DNA of 64,000 bases from an uncultured delta proteobacterium (GTDB lineage Bacteria; Myxococcota_A; Polyangia; Polyangiales; Polyangiaceae). The notes beneath the pieces were generated by a model, which worked only from the letters and a program-made list of their open reading frames with translations, did no database searches and was not told where the DNA came from. Positions 20,968 through 31,029 of this stretch are shown piece after piece. The number at the start of each line of letters is the position of its first letter. The stretch's first letter is position 1. The position numbers and the translations under genes were made by a program. Location of the stretch: assembly GCA_963782055.1 (NCBI GenBank), contig CAWAIF010000003.1, forward strand, positions 2,048,001 to 2,112,000. Reading direction: 5' to 3'.

Positions 20968-21003
20968 AACGTCGAAGTGCAAGGGTCCATTCACTTCGAC
21001 GTT
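20968..21003. promoter_or_regulatory. Perfect 12-bp inverted repeat upstream of MarR-like gene 1
   Basis: AACGTCGAAGTG (20968-20979) / CACTTCGACGTT (20992-21003). Confidence 0.75.
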
Positions 21004-21031
21004 TCTGCGGCAACCCGTGAGGGAGGGGGGG

Positions 21032-21047
21032 TGGCATGGGGGGTGCT
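21032..21047 (+). promoter_or_regulatory. Putative sigma54 (-24/-12) promoter
   Basis: TGGCATGGGGGGTGCT with GG(21033-34)-N10-GC(21045-46). Confidence 0.55.
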
Positions 21048-21072
21048 GTGGGGGTTGGGGATGATGGCGGGA

Positions 21073-21669
21073 ATGGATCCGGTGTTCTTCACGATCAAGC
21101 GGGCGTACTACGCGACGCTGCGGCTCACACGGCGGGCGCTTCGGGCGATGGGGCTCACCGCAGCGCGGCTTGATGTGCTCGATGCGCTCTACCGGCTGGG
21201 AACGGGGTGCGCGCACTTCCAGAGCGACCTGCGGCGGGGGCTCGGCGTGGCGCGGGCCACGATCAGCGAGATGATGCGGTCGCTGGAGAAGATCGGGCTG
21301 GTGACGCGGCGGCGCGTCGGGTGCAACGTGGTCGTGGCCCTCACGCCGGAGGGGCGACGCCGGGTGCGCCGGGCGTACTACGGGCTCGTGCTGGTGGGGC
21401 ACGTGGGGCTCGCGCTGGACGGGGCGCTCGCGCCGGGCGGGCGGTGGTGGCCCGATCCGCGCAGGTGCGCGAGTGCACGCCGGCACCTGGAGGCGCTCTG
21501 TATGCGCATCCGGCTCGGGTTCGGCGATGAGGCGGAGCTGGACCGGGATACCGAGCACGGGTTCTGGGTCGAACGGGAACGGGACCGCACGCGCCGCGCC
21601 CAGGCGCGCTGCGAGCAACGGCAGCGCGAGCTCGATCGCGCACTCGCGCTCTCCGCGCCAGGAGCGTGA
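21073..21669 (+). CDS. MarR-family winged-helix transcriptional regulator (paralog 1)
   Basis: GLTAARLDVL, LGVARATISEMMRSLEKIGLV, LTPEGR. Start may be ATG 21061 or 21064. Confidence 0.85.
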   Translation: MDPVFFTIKRAYYATLRLTRRALRAMGLTAARLDVLDALYRLGTGCAHFQSDLRRGLGVARATISEMMRSLEKIGLVTRRRVGCNVVVALTPEGRRRVRRAYYGLVLVGHVGLALDGALAPGGRWWPDPRRCASARRHLEALCMRIRLGFGDEAELDRDTEHGFWVERERDRTRRAQARCEQRQRELDRALALSAPGA

Positions 21670-21766
21670 CCTCGTCTGGCACCGCGGCGCTGCACTCGAG
21701 GCGAGCCGAGAGGGGCCGTCGGCAGCGGCGCCCGGCCCGTCGGGCGCCGGGAGAGCCGAGGAGAAA

Positions 21767-23227
21767 CTACCTGGGTAGGGCCGGGATGGAGACCTTCGCG
21801 GAGAGGGGGAGGTCGGGGGCGAGGAGGTAGCCGCCCGGGAGGTGGTCGTAGGGGAAGAAGGCGCCGGTGACCGTGCGCGTGGCGCCGGTCGAGAGCGTGT
21901 ACGTGAGCGTCATCGGCTTGCCCTCCGGCGGGCGGTTGCGCAGGACGGTGCCCATGCGGCGCGGCGTGCCATCGGCGCCGATGAGCCAGCGGGCGTAGCG
22001 CTGCGGCGGCGGGAGCGTCCCCTGGACGTCGTAGACCAGGTTGATCTGCCGGATGCGCTGGTAGAGCGCCGTGTAGGTGTAATCGGAGATCCACGTCGGC
22101 TGGCAGTAGCCCATGACGTCGGTCGCGTCGGTCGTCACCAGGCTGGAGCTGGACGCCTGGAAGCCGGAGACGCCCACGCTCCCGTCGGGGTAGGGGAACT
22201 TGGGGTCGATGCCCGCCGGGTGGCCGCACGGCGAGTGGGCGCGGCCCATCGTGTGACCGAGCTCGTGCGCCACCGTCTCCTGCGAGGTGTAGCCCGGCCA
22301 CCCGACGACGAGCGCGCCGCGTTCACCCTCGCTGCCCAGCGTGGCGATGGGCGCGAGACCGAGGATGCACCCCTGCTTGCAGTACGTCGGGAAGCTGTCC
22401 TGCGGCTCGAACGCGCCGACGTAGTACACGTCGCCGCTGGGGGCGTCGGCCTGCCGCGTGTCCAGCACGAGCTGCAGTGTCTCGTCCCAGCCGGTGCCCG
22501 AGGCATCGGCGACGATCGACGACGTGACCGGATCGTGCAGGGTGATCTGGATGTCGCTCGACGGGTACATGTCGGACAGCAGCTGGTGGATGGACGTCAT
22601 CTGCGTCGGGTCGGTGGCCGGCAGGCGCGAGGAGCCGTCGGCGTCGTACTGGATGGGCACGAAGACGATGTGCACTGGGCCCGGGTTGTCCAGCACGGTG
22701 AAGCTCTGGGTGCCGTCGGCGTCGGGGTAGCGGATGGTGGTCAGGTCGTCGGTGCCGACGCGCGACGGGTCGCTCACCTTGACCCAGAAGGACCACGCCC
22801 CTGTCGTGAGGAGCTTGTCGTCGAAGGGGAAGTTGAAGGTGCTCCCCAGCACCGCGTCGTCGGAGGCGCCGGCGACCGTCGCCTTGGCGGTGAGCACCGT
22901 CTCGTGCTGGAACGGGTCAACGAGGTGCAGCTCGGCGTCGAGGGAGTGCTGGAGCCAGCGCTTGCGCGTGAGGAAGCTCAGGTAGACGCGGAAGAGGCCG
23001 GGCTTCTTCGTGATGATGGGCGCGTTGCCCCCCGCGGCGCCGCCGTCCTTCATCACGTCGACCTTCACGACCTCGTAGTTGGCCACCTCGCTGATGGCGA
23101 TCTGCTCCGACAGCGGAGTGGGCGGCGCGGCCTCGACGCCGGCATCGGCGGGCGCCGTGTCCGTGGAGGAGCTCCCGCACCCGAGTACGGCCAGGAGGGC
23201 GGGCACCACGAAGACGACAGGGCGCAT
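21767..23227 (-). CDS. Lipoprotein zinc metalloprotease (metzincin, M66-like)
   Basis: Lipobox VLGC; HELGHTMGRAH (HExxHxxGxxH); Met-turn DVMGY. Confidence 0.88.
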   Translation of the reverse strand: MRPVVFVVPALLAVLGCGSSSTDTAPADAGVEAAPPTPLSEQIAISEVANYEVVKVDVMKDGGAAGGNAPIITKKPGLFRVYLSFLTRKRWLQHSLDAELHLVDPFQHETVLTAKATVAGASDDAVLGSTFNFPFDDKLLTTGAWSFWVKVSDPSRVGTDDLTTIRYPDADGTQSFTVLDNPGPVHIVFVPIQYDADGSSRLPATDPTQMTSIHQLLSDMYPSSDIQITLHDPVTSSIVADASGTGWDETLQLVLDTRQADAPSGDVYYVGAFEPQDSFPTYCKQGCILGLAPIATLGSEGERGALVVGWPGYTSQETVAHELGHTMGRAHSPCGHPAGIDPKFPYPDGSVGVSGFQASSSSLVTTDATDVMGYCQPTWISDYTYTALYQRIRQINLVYDVQGTLPPPQRYARWLIGADGTPRRMGTVLRNRPPEGKPMTLTYTLSTGATRTVTGAFFPYDHLPGGYLLAPDLPLSAKVSIPALPR

Positions 23228-23283
23228 CCACTGGAGGATCGCACCCGGCAGGCCGGGTGCCAAGGCGCGGGCGCGCCGGCTCG

Positions 23284-26200
23284 TCACTTTCGTTCGCGAC
23301 GCTTCTGGGCGAGCCGCTCGGCTGTGCTCATGCGCGGCGCGGCGGGACCGGGAGCCCTGCCCGCCGCCCCGCCAGGGCGTGGAGCCACGGGACCGATGGG
23401 CGCCTTGGCGGTGGGACGCGGCGGCGAGGCGCCGAGGATCCCGCCCGGAGGAGGCCCGGTGCCGACGGACGTGTGAGGGCGCGCGGCCTTCTTGCGGGCG
23501 AGGAGGGCCTCGTTGGTGCGCTGCTGCCGGCCGGCGCGATCGCGCTCGCGGGCCTCGGCGAAGGCGAGGGAGGCGCGCTTCTCCGCCTCGGTCTGCCGGG
23601 CGCGGCCTCGCACGCGCCCGCTCAGGGCGAGCAGCCAGTCGGGGATGCCCAGCCGCCGCGCGCCCACGCCCAGGACCATGGCGATGGCGGCGAGCAAGGA
23701 GAGCGGCGCGAGCAGCGGCGAGTAGGCGAAGCGGCGCGCCGCGCGGTCGTCGAAGAGACCGGCGAGGGTGTCGCGCTGCTTGCCGCCGGTCATGGAGGCG
23801 ATGCGGCTCAGCAGCTGCCTGTCGCTGCCGGTGGGGCGTAGCTCCTCGCCGGCGCTCAGCACGGCCCCCGTCGTGCCGACCGCCTCGCCGGACAGCTCGT
23901 CCTTGGCGGTGGCGACGTAGGTGCCCGGGCGCGACAGCGGGATGTTGGCCGCGTAGCGCCCCGCGCCCACCGCCTCCAGGGACATGTCGCGCGAGAAGCC
24001 ATCCGGCCCGGCGACGTGCACCGTCAGGCGGCGGAAGGTCTGCGCGCGGCCGTCATCGCCGACCACGTCGGCGCGCACGTGCAGCTCCCCGCCGGAGGCG
24101 TCGCTGTCCAGCCGGACCCGCGGGTCGTCTGCCTTGCGGGCGGTGTCGCGCCCCAGCTCGCCGAACATCTTCACGGCGGCGGGCCACTTGAGCCAGTTCG
24201 ACCCCCAGCGGTCCTTGAAGTCGCTCGTGAAGGCGGCGGCGCGGCCGATGCCGACGGCCCAGGTGGCGAGGATGGGATCGTTCTCCGGTCCGCCGAGGGC
24301 GACCGTCGCGCGCGGCTTGGGCACGGTGACGACGTAGCCGTGCAGCGGCGGCGCGGAGCCGAAGTCGATCGCGCGGGTGGCGGGCGTGGGCGCGCCCACG
24401 CTGACCTTGAAGTCCTCTTCGTGGATGCTGCTCTTGGCGGCGAGGATGGTCTCCTGCGTGAAGACCGCGGGGAGCTTGGTGGCGTCGTCGATGAGGTAGA
24501 AGCGGCCGCCGCCCATCTTGGACAGCACCTCCAGCTCCGGCGAGTCGTGTCCGCGGCCGAGGGAGATGACGCTGGTGGTGATGCCCTTCGCCGCCGCGGC
24601 GGCGACCAGCGCCCGGCACCCCGCGATCTCCTCGGCGTCGTCGCCGTCGGCGAAGAGGAGCATGTGCTTGAGGTTGACCGTCTCCTTCTCCAGCGCGGCG
24701 TAGCCTTCGCGCAGGGCCAGGTCGGTGTAGATGCCGCCGCCGCCCACCTGCACCGCGCGGATCTTCGCGCCGATGGCCTTGGCGTCCGTCACCGGGCCGA
24801 TCGGGATGGTCCAGGCCGCGACGGTGTCCACGTGCTCCACGCCGAGCCTGTCGCCTGGGCCGAGCAGCGAGGCGCTGCGCGCGGCCGCCTCGTTGGCGAG
24901 GGCGAGCTTCGTCTGCCCGCTCACCATCATGCCCATCGAGCCGGAGTAGTCGATGGCGATGACCTCGGCGAGGGAGGCGCGCCGCTTCTCCTGCTTCAGG
25001 TCGAAGGAGACCGGCGAGACCTCCTCGATGGGCGTGCGCGCGTAGCCGCCGGGGCCCATCGACCGGTCGCCGCCCATGAGGATCAGCCCGCCGCCCAGGT
25101 CGCGCGTGTAGCTGGCGAGCGCGTCGATCTGCGTGGTCGCGAGGTCGGTCGCGGGAACGTCGCTCAGCACCACCAGGTCGAAGCCGGCGAGGCCGCCCAC
25201 GTCGGCGGGCACCCCGGTGGTGGAGCGCTCCTCCGTGCGGAATCCGCTCGCCTGAAGCGCGCTCGCCAGCGCCGCGCCCTTGCCCGCCTCGCCCTCCAGG
25301 ATGAGCGCGAGGGAGGGGCCGCGCACGCGCACGAAGGTGGAGCCGGTGTTGTCCTCGGGTGAGCCGTCGGTCTTGGGGTCTGCGGCGGTGACCTCCACGT
25401 CGTAGCGGTGCAGCCCGGGCTGCGCCGCCTTCGCGCGGAGGCGCAGGACGTTCTCCCCCGGGGCGACGTGCACGCGGGAGCTGTGGATGAGCTCGCCGTC
25501 GCGCTTGATGCGTACGTCCACGTCGGCGTCGACCGTGCTGGCGGTGACGACGCGCAGGTCGAGCGCCTCGCCCTCGTCGGCGTGGGCCGGCGCGCGCACG
25601 GCGACGACGCGCACATCGGGGAAGGTCTTCTGGTCGAGCGGGACGACGTCGATGGGCACGTCGGCGGCGACCGCGGCCGCGGCGGCGGCGATGGCGTCCC
25701 CGCGGGTCTGCACGCCGTCGGAGATGAGCACCAGCCGCGGAGCGGTGTCCGCCGGCAGCTCGGCGAGGGCCCGGCGGATGGCGGCCTCGATGTTCGTGCC
25801 ATCGCGTCCGATCTCCACCCGCTGCGGCGGCGGCAGATCGCTCTTGGGGCGGGGCGGGTCCTCGGTGACGGCGTCGGCGGCGAAGACGACCGTGCCGACG
25901 CGGTCGTCCTCGTGCATGCCCTTCTCCGCGACGCGCATCTCGCTGGCGACGCGCTGGTCGGCGCCGGGGACCAGCTCGATGGAGCGCGAGCGGTCGATGA
26001 GCAGCAGGATGGTCATGCGGTCGAGCGGCCGGCCCAGCTCCGGCTCGGTCACCGCCACGGCGGCGGCGAGGCCAGCGAGCGAGGTGAGGAAGACCACCAG
26101 CCACCGCCGCACCCGCGTCATCCGCGCCGGGAGCCTGGAGAGGCGCCACGCGAGGAAGAGCGCGGTCGCGGCGGGGAGCAGGACGAAGAGGGGGTGCCCG

Positions 26201-26403
26201 AAGCGCAGGTACGTCTCCCGCGCGAGCTGTGCGGAGACCAGGCCCTGGTAGAGGAGCAGCGCGAAGCCCACCAGCGCGATGACGACGGCGCCGGCGCGGA
26301 GCTGCTCGCGGGCACGCAGCCGCCGCATCATCGCGACCGCGAGCACGGCGTAGAGGCCCGCCGCGAAGAGCATCCACACGTGGGCGAAGGTCAGGCTGCT
26401 CAC
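23284..26403 (-). CDS. Membrane protein with two VWA domains and a class-I glutamine-amidotransferase-like domain
   Basis: MIDAS motifs DRSRS and DYSGS, ISDG/FADG, GGGLILMGG..GPGGY. GTG start overlaps the upstream TGA. Confidence 0.88.
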   Translation of the reverse strand: MSSLTFAHVWMLFAAGLYAVLAVAMMRRLRAREQLRAGAVVIALVGFALLLYQGLVSAQLARETYLRFGHPLFVLLPAATALFLAWRLSRLPARMTRVRRWLVVFLTSLAGLAAAVAVTEPELGRPLDRMTILLLIDRSRSIELVPGADQRVASEMRVAEKGMHEDDRVGTVVFAADAVTEDPPRPKSDLPPPQRVEIGRDGTNIEAAIRRALAELPADTAPRLVLISDGVQTRGDAIAAAAAAVAADVPIDVVPLDQKTFPDVRVVAVRAPAHADEGEALDLRVVTASTVDADVDVRIKRDGELIHSSRVHVAPGENVLRLRAKAAQPGLHRYDVEVTAADPKTDGSPEDNTGSTFVRVRGPSLALILEGEAGKGAALASALQASGFRTEERSTTGVPADVGGLAGFDLVVLSDVPATDLATTQIDALASYTRDLGGGLILMGGDRSMGPGGYARTPIEEVSPVSFDLKQEKRRASLAEVIAIDYSGSMGMMVSGQTKLALANEAAARSASLLGPGDRLGVEHVDTVAAWTIPIGPVTDAKAIGAKIRAVQVGGGGIYTDLALREGYAALEKETVNLKHMLLFADGDDAEEIAGCRALVAAAAAKGITTSVISLGRGHDSPELEVLSKMGGGRFYLIDDATKLPAVFTQETILAAKSSIHEEDFKVSVGAPTPATRAIDFGSAPPLHGYVVTVPKPRATVALGGPENDPILATWAVGIGRAAAFTSDFKDRWGSNWLKWPAAVKMFGELGRDTARKADDPRVRLDSDASGGELHVRADVVGDDGRAQTFRRLTVHVAGPDGFSRDMSLEAVGAGRYAANIPLSRPGTYVATAKDELSGEAVGTTGAVLSAGEELRPTGSDRQLLSRIASMTGGKQRDTLAGLFDDRAARRFAYSPLLAPLSLLAAIAMVLGVGARRLGIPDWLLALSGRVRGRARQTEAEKRASLAFAEARERDRAGRQQRTNEALLARKKAARPHTSVGTGPPPGGILGASPPRPTAKAPIGPVAPRPGGAAGRAPGPAAPRMSTAERLAQKRRERK

Positions 26404-28370
26404 GCGCCCGCCCCCTTGGTGGCGGCGGCTCTGGGCGGTGCGGCGACGTCGACGAGCGTGGGCTGCGCCTTCTTGCGCGTCAGCCAGAAGACGTCGAAGA
26501 GCACCAGCAGCGCGGCGGCCAGCGCGAGCCAGAGTCCCCACTCGTGGTGTGCGTCGGCGAGCTTCGCCCCGGTGGTGCCCCCGGCGGTCTTGTCGATGAC
26601 CACCGGCTTGGGCCGTACGTCGCTCTCCGCCTCGCTGGTGAGGTTGGCCACCACCACGGTGCTGCTCACCCGCGGGGTGGTCCAGCGCACGTGGTAGATG
26701 CCCGCGCGGTCCACGCGCGGGACGATGGCGAAGCCGCCCTTGGCCTGCACCTCGTGCTCCGGCATGCCGGGGCCGGAGACGAGCACCTTGTCGACGCTCT
26801 TCGGGATGGCGACGCGCAGCGGATCGCCGGTGCGCGCGGGGCCGGTCGTGCCCTGGCTGCGGTGCAGCCGCGCCATCTCCACCACGTTGCGCACGAAGAG
26901 CACGAAGGACGCCTTGAGCGGCCAGTCGGTGTCGCCGGGGTCGAAGCCGATGATCGTCGCGGTGCGCCCCGGCGTGGAGGCGTCGGCGATGAGGGTCACC
27001 GTGCCGGCGCGGAGCAGCGCGCCGGAGGCGCCCTCCGGCTTGAGCGGGCGCGCCTTCGCCACGTGGACGCCGTCGAACGTCAGGAAGCGGAAGCGCGGGT
27101 CGCCCACCTCCCACGAGGTGATCTGCGGGTCGTCGACGGAGTCCCCGACGTCGACGCCCATGCAGTTGCCCTTGGGTGGGTCGACGATCATCACGTCCAG
27201 CCCGGGGACGTCGTCCGGGCAGGCGCCCTCGATGACGACCAGCGCGTCGGGGTCCACGTTGACCGTGCCCACCTGCGAGAGGGTGAGCTTCTGGATGTCC
27301 AGGTCCTCGTCGGCGTCCAGCGCGCGGGCGAGCCACGAGTAGTCGGAGGCGAGCGCGTGGACGACCGGCATCTTGCGGCCCTGCGGCACCCGGCCGTACG
27401 CCACGTCGTCGATGGCCAGCGCGTCGCCGGGCGAGACCTGCACGGTGAGCCCCTTGCCGTACTCCAGCGGGCCGGGATCGAAGGTGAGGACCACCGCGGT
27501 CTTCGCGCCGGGCTTGACCAGCACGCGCCGCGAGGCGGACGGGTCCTTCTTCCCCTCCACCGTGAGCGTCACGAAGGCGTCGCGCGCCGCCGTGCCGTAG
27601 TTCTGCAGCATCGCGAAGACCTGCACCTCCTCGGCGTGCGACACCGGGTCGGCGCCGGCGCGCACGTCGATGCGGGTGATGCCCAGGTTGTCGGCGGGGG
27701 ACCCGACGGTGACGAGCTGCGTGTCGATGCCCGCGGCAGCGAGCGGCGTGTCGTGGGCGAGGGCGCCGTCGGTGATGATGACGATGCGTCGGCGCCCGCC
27801 CAGCGTGCGGAGGCGGTCGGCGGCGAGCGCGACGGCGGAGGAGAGGTCGCCCTCCACGTCGCGCACCGCGACCTGCTTGAGCGCGCCCTTGAGGTGGCGC
27901 AGGTCGCGTTCCAGCGGCGAGACGACGCTCGCCTCCCGCGCGCCCTCGATGAGGATGGCGTCAGCGCCGGGCTCCATGGAGTCCAGGACGTCCTGCGCGG
28001 CGACGATGGCGTCCGCCATGCGCGTCGAGGTCTTGCCCGGCGCCGGGTGGGTGGTGGTGCCCATCGACGCGCTGGTGTCGATGACGATGGCGATGTGGTC
28101 GCCGGTGATGCGCCCGCCCCGCTCCGCCGGCCGCGCGAGCGCGATCGAAAGGGCGATGAGCGCCAGCATCTGCAACAGGAGCGGCAGCTCGGGCAGCAGC
28201 TTCTTGAAGGGGTGCTTGGCGAGCAGATCGCGTCGCGCCTCCGCCCAGAGCCACACGGAGGGCACGCGCAGCCGCTGCCGCTTCACCTTCAGGATGTAGA
28301 GGACGACGAGCGGCACGAGGCCGGTGAGCAGCCAGAACCCCTTGGGGTTGAGGAACTCCACGCCGCCCAT
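26400..28370 (-). CDS. BatA N-terminal domain + VWA domain protein
   Basis: FLNP..LVPLVVLYILK..PSVWLW..LARP; DTSASM; ITDG; C-terminal TM helix. Confidence 0.9.
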   Translation of the reverse strand: MGGVEFLNPKGFWLLTGLVPLVVLYILKVKRQRLRVPSVWLWAEARRDLLAKHPFKKLLPELPLLLQMLALIALSIALARPAERGGRITGDHIAIVIDTSASMGTTTHPAPGKTSTRMADAIVAAQDVLDSMEPGADAILIEGAREASVVSPLERDLRHLKGALKQVAVRDVEGDLSSAVALAADRLRTLGGRRRIVIITDGALAHDTPLAAAGIDTQLVTVGSPADNLGITRIDVRAGADPVSHAEEVQVFAMLQNYGTAARDAFVTLTVEGKKDPSASRRVLVKPGAKTAVVLTFDPGPLEYGKGLTVQVSPGDALAIDDVAYGRVPQGRKMPVVHALASDYSWLARALDADEDLDIQKLTLSQVGTVNVDPDALVVIEGACPDDVPGLDVMIVDPPKGNCMGVDVGDSVDDPQITSWEVGDPRFRFLTFDGVHVAKARPLKPEGASGALLRAGTVTLIADASTPGRTATIIGFDPGDTDWPLKASFVLFVRNVVEMARLHRSQGTTGPARTGDPLRVAIPKSVDKVLVSGPGMPEHEVQAKGGFAIVPRVDRAGIYHVRWTTPRVSSTVVVANLTSEAESDVRPKPVVIDKTAGGTTGAKLADAHHEWGLWLALAAALLVLFDVFWLTRKKAQPTLVDVAAPPRAAATKGAGA

Positions 28371-29236
28371 CAGTCCACCACCCGGCCGACGAAGCGCCGC
28401 ACCGCGGGGAGCGTGGGCTCGTCGCTCACCACCCGCACGTAGGTGGCGCGGACCTTCTTGGCCAGCGCGCGCAGCCCCAGGATGAGCTGGTTCAGCCGCG
28501 CGAGGTAGGCCTCCACGGCGCCGGCGTCCATCGTCACCTCGACGACGTCGCCCGTCTCCGCGTCCTCCAGGGCGTAGTCGCCGTCGTAGCGCGGCTCCAC
28601 CTCCTCGCGGGAGAGGACCTGCACCAGGGCGATGTCGTGTCCCGCCGCCGCGGCGTGGCTGATCGCCGCGTCGAACGGCCCCGGGTCCATGAAGTCGCTG
28701 ATCACCACGAGCATGCCCGGGCGTGGCGAGCGCACGATCACCTGCTCGACGGCGCGGGAGAGATCGGTGCCGCCCTGCGGGTGGATGGCGTCGAGCTCGC
28801 GCAGGAGCTTGGTCAGGTTCGCCCGCCCGCGTGTCGGCTCGGTGACCTGGGTGAGGCTCTCGGCCGCCGCGAGCACCTGCGTGCGCTCCGAGCCGGCGAG
28901 CGCCATGTACCCGATCGCCGCCGCCATGCGCTTGGCCGCGTCCATCTTCGGCGGGTCGCCCGCGTCGAGGGAGAGGCTGGCGTCCACGAGCAGGCGGACG
29001 ATGACGTCCTCCTCGGCGCGGAAGAGCTTGAAGACGGGCTCGCCGGTGCGCGCGAAGGCGAGCCAGTCGATGCGCCGCAGGTCGTCACCCGGCGTGTAAG
29101 GACGGTGCTCGAGGAACTCCGCGCTGCCACCGCGCCGCTTGGCGAGGTGATCGCCGCCGCCGCCCGAGCGTGCGCGCACGCGCAGGCGCCGGCGGAGCGC
29201 CTCGAGCTCTCGCGCGAAGGCGGCGTCGAGCAGCAT
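28370..29236 (-). CDS. DUF58 domain protein
   Basis: EFLEHRPYTPGDDLRRIDW, DASLS, VISDF; start ATG 29236. Confidence 0.93.
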   Translation of the reverse strand: MLLDAAFARELEALRRRLRVRARSGGGGDHLAKRRGGSAEFLEHRPYTPGDDLRRIDWLAFARTGEPVFKLFRAEEDVIVRLLVDASLSLDAGDPPKMDAAKRMAAAIGYMALAGSERTQVLAAAESLTQVTEPTRGRANLTKLLRELDAIHPQGGTDLSRAVEQVIVRSPRPGMLVVISDFMDPGPFDAAISHAAAAGHDIALVQVLSREEVEPRYDGDYALEDAETGDVVEVTMDAGAVEAYLARLNQLILGLRALAKKVRATYVRVVSDEPTLPAVRRFVGRVVD

Positions 29237-31029
29237 CAGGTCGCTCCCGAGGCCTCCGGCGTGGGGCCGTCGGGGCCCGCGGGGTCCTCCGGCGGCGGCG
29301 CCGCCGCCTCCTGCGCGGAGCCGATGACGGCCTCGTCCTCGGCGCGCAGGGCGGCCTCCGTCTGCGCGAGCTGCGCGTTCTGCTCGCGGATCAGCAGGGA
29401 GCAACGCCGCGCCGCTGCCGCCACGAGCAGGAGCCCGATGAGGCCCCAGAGCAGCGCGCACGCCAGCCCCGTCTGGATGATGGGCACCTGATCCGCCGAC
29501 GTCTTCGCCATCCACGACGCCATCACGTAGGCGTAGAAGGGGCTGGGCGAGCCGACGACGAGCCACGCCTCGTCGTGGGAGCTGGACACCACGCCGCCGA
29601 TCGCCGCGACCACCCACGGACCGGCGGCCACCAGGAAGAGCACCGCGCCGGCGATGAGGCGGCTCACCCACGGCGAGCTCCCGCGCGCGCGGAAGTACAT
29701 CACCAGCCCGGTGGTGAAGACGAAGAAGGGCGCCGAGTATGCGCCGAAGACCAGGATCTGGCCGATGTGGTCCATCCGCGAGGGCAGGGTGGCGCCGTAG
29801 GCATACGCCGGCGCCACCGAGGTCGGCGCGAAGTACATCGCCGCCGCGTCTACCCCGGTGATGCCGGCCAGGCCGAGGAAGCCGAGCAGCATCACCAGCG
29901 TCGCCGTCTTCGCGAGGCCCGGCCCGAAGAAGCGGCGCATCAGCCCGGCGTCGGAGCGCCGCCAGTGCGTGAAGACGCGACGCGAGGGGCCGGCGGGGTC
30001 GAAGGCGAAGAGCAGCGCACAGAAGGCGGCGTAGGTCGCGAACAGGGTCAGTCCGGCGATCGCCAGGCTCGAGCGATTGTCGTCGGTCGTCGCGACGGCG
30101 CTCGGGAGCGCGCACGCCATGGCGAGGAGCGGGGTGGACACCGCGAACCAGCGCTTCAGCCCGGTGGAGCGGTCGTCCGTCTCGCCGGTGAGGTTGGCGA
30201 CGGTGATCTCGTAGAGGAACCACGCCGGCACGAGCAGCAGGAGCAGCGGCACCGCCACCAGCACCAGCATGTACTCGATGCCGAAGGGCGCGCGGGTGTA
30301 CGCGAGGGGCAGCCACACCGGGAAGCCCTCCGGCACGTCGTCCCAGAGCTTGTGCACGGCGAACGACCCGCCGAAGCCGACCACGGAGTACAGCGTCGGC
30401 CCGATGCAGATCGCCAGGATGAGGGTGATGACCAGCGCGCCGCGCAGGCTGGACATCAGCGAGCTCACCGCCAGGCCGAACGCCACCGCGAGCGCCGCGA
30501 AGACGAACAGGAAGGCGAAGGCGACGATCACCTCGACCGGCGTCACGCCGCCGAAGAGGAAGGGCAGGGCGCCCACCGGCGCGAGCACCACGATGTGCAT
30601 GGCGATCGACGTGTAGGCGGCCATGAACTTGCCGCGCGCGATGTCCTTCGGGTGGAGGCCCGTCAGGAGGATCGCCTCCCACGTGCGGCCCTCGCGCTCG
30701 GAGGCGACGCTGTTGGCGGCGACGGCAGGCCCCACGATCATCACCACGAAGTAGGCGATGGAGAAGAAGGTCTGGAACAGGCCCCCGCCGAGCGAAGCCG
30801 GGCTCGTGTTGTCCGAGGCGGCGAGCCCTCCGATCGAGCACATGAGCAGCGAGATGGTGAGGCTCAGGCCGAAGAGGATCCACGGCGTGCGGCCGAGCCG
30901 CGCCGACTGGCGCATCTCGCGCATCCAGATCGCGTTGGGGTCGTGCGTGAGCCGCGCGATGAGCCCGCGCCCGCGCGGCATGGGCGGCGGGGCCATGGAG
31001 GACGGCGGCGGCGAGGCGACGGCGGCCAT
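29236..31029 (-). CDS. ABC-2 type transporter permease
   Basis: NAIWMREMRQ, ASEREGRTWEAILLT, GKF and many TM helices. Confidence 0.88.
   Translation of the reverse strand: MAAVASPPPSSMAPPPMPRGRGLIARLTHDPNAIWMREMRQSARLGRTPWILFGLSLTISLLMCSIGGLAASDNTSPASLGGGLFQTFFSIAYFVVMIVGPAVAANSVASEREGRTWEAILLTGLHPKDIARGKFMAAYTSIAMHIVVLAPVGALPFLFGGVTPVEVIVAFAFLFVFAALAVAFGLAVSSLMSSLRGALVITLILAICIGPTLYSVVGFGGSFAVHKLWDDVPEGFPVWLPLAYTRAPFGIEYMLVLVAVPLLLLLVPAWFLYEITVANLTGETDDRSTGLKRWFAVSTPLLAMACALPSAVATTDDNRSSLAIAGLTLFATYAAFCALLFAFDPAGPSRRVFTHWRRSDAGLMRRFFGPGLAKTATLVMLLGFLGLAGITGVDAAAMYFAPTSVAPAYAYGATLPSRMDHIGQILVFGAYSAPFFVFTTGLVMYFRARGSSPWVSRLIAGAVLFLVAAGPWVVAAIGGVVSSSHDEAWLVVGSPSPFYAYVMASWMAKTSADQVPIIQTGLACALLWGLIGLLLVAAAARRCSLLIREQNAQLAQTEAALRAEDEAVIGSAQEAAAPPPEDPAGPDGPTPEASGAT

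Noticed and set aside
18526..21700. tRNA-anchored genomic island
   Set aside because: No integrase and no duplicated tRNA 3' end were seen; the downstream zinc-ribbon gene is a conserved-type gene.
26404..27336. N-terminal extensions of the 1350-, 837- and 969-aa ORFs in the MoxR operon
   Set aside because: They are out-of-frame overlaps with upstream genes; true starts lie at the stop/start overlaps (26403, 29236, 31029).
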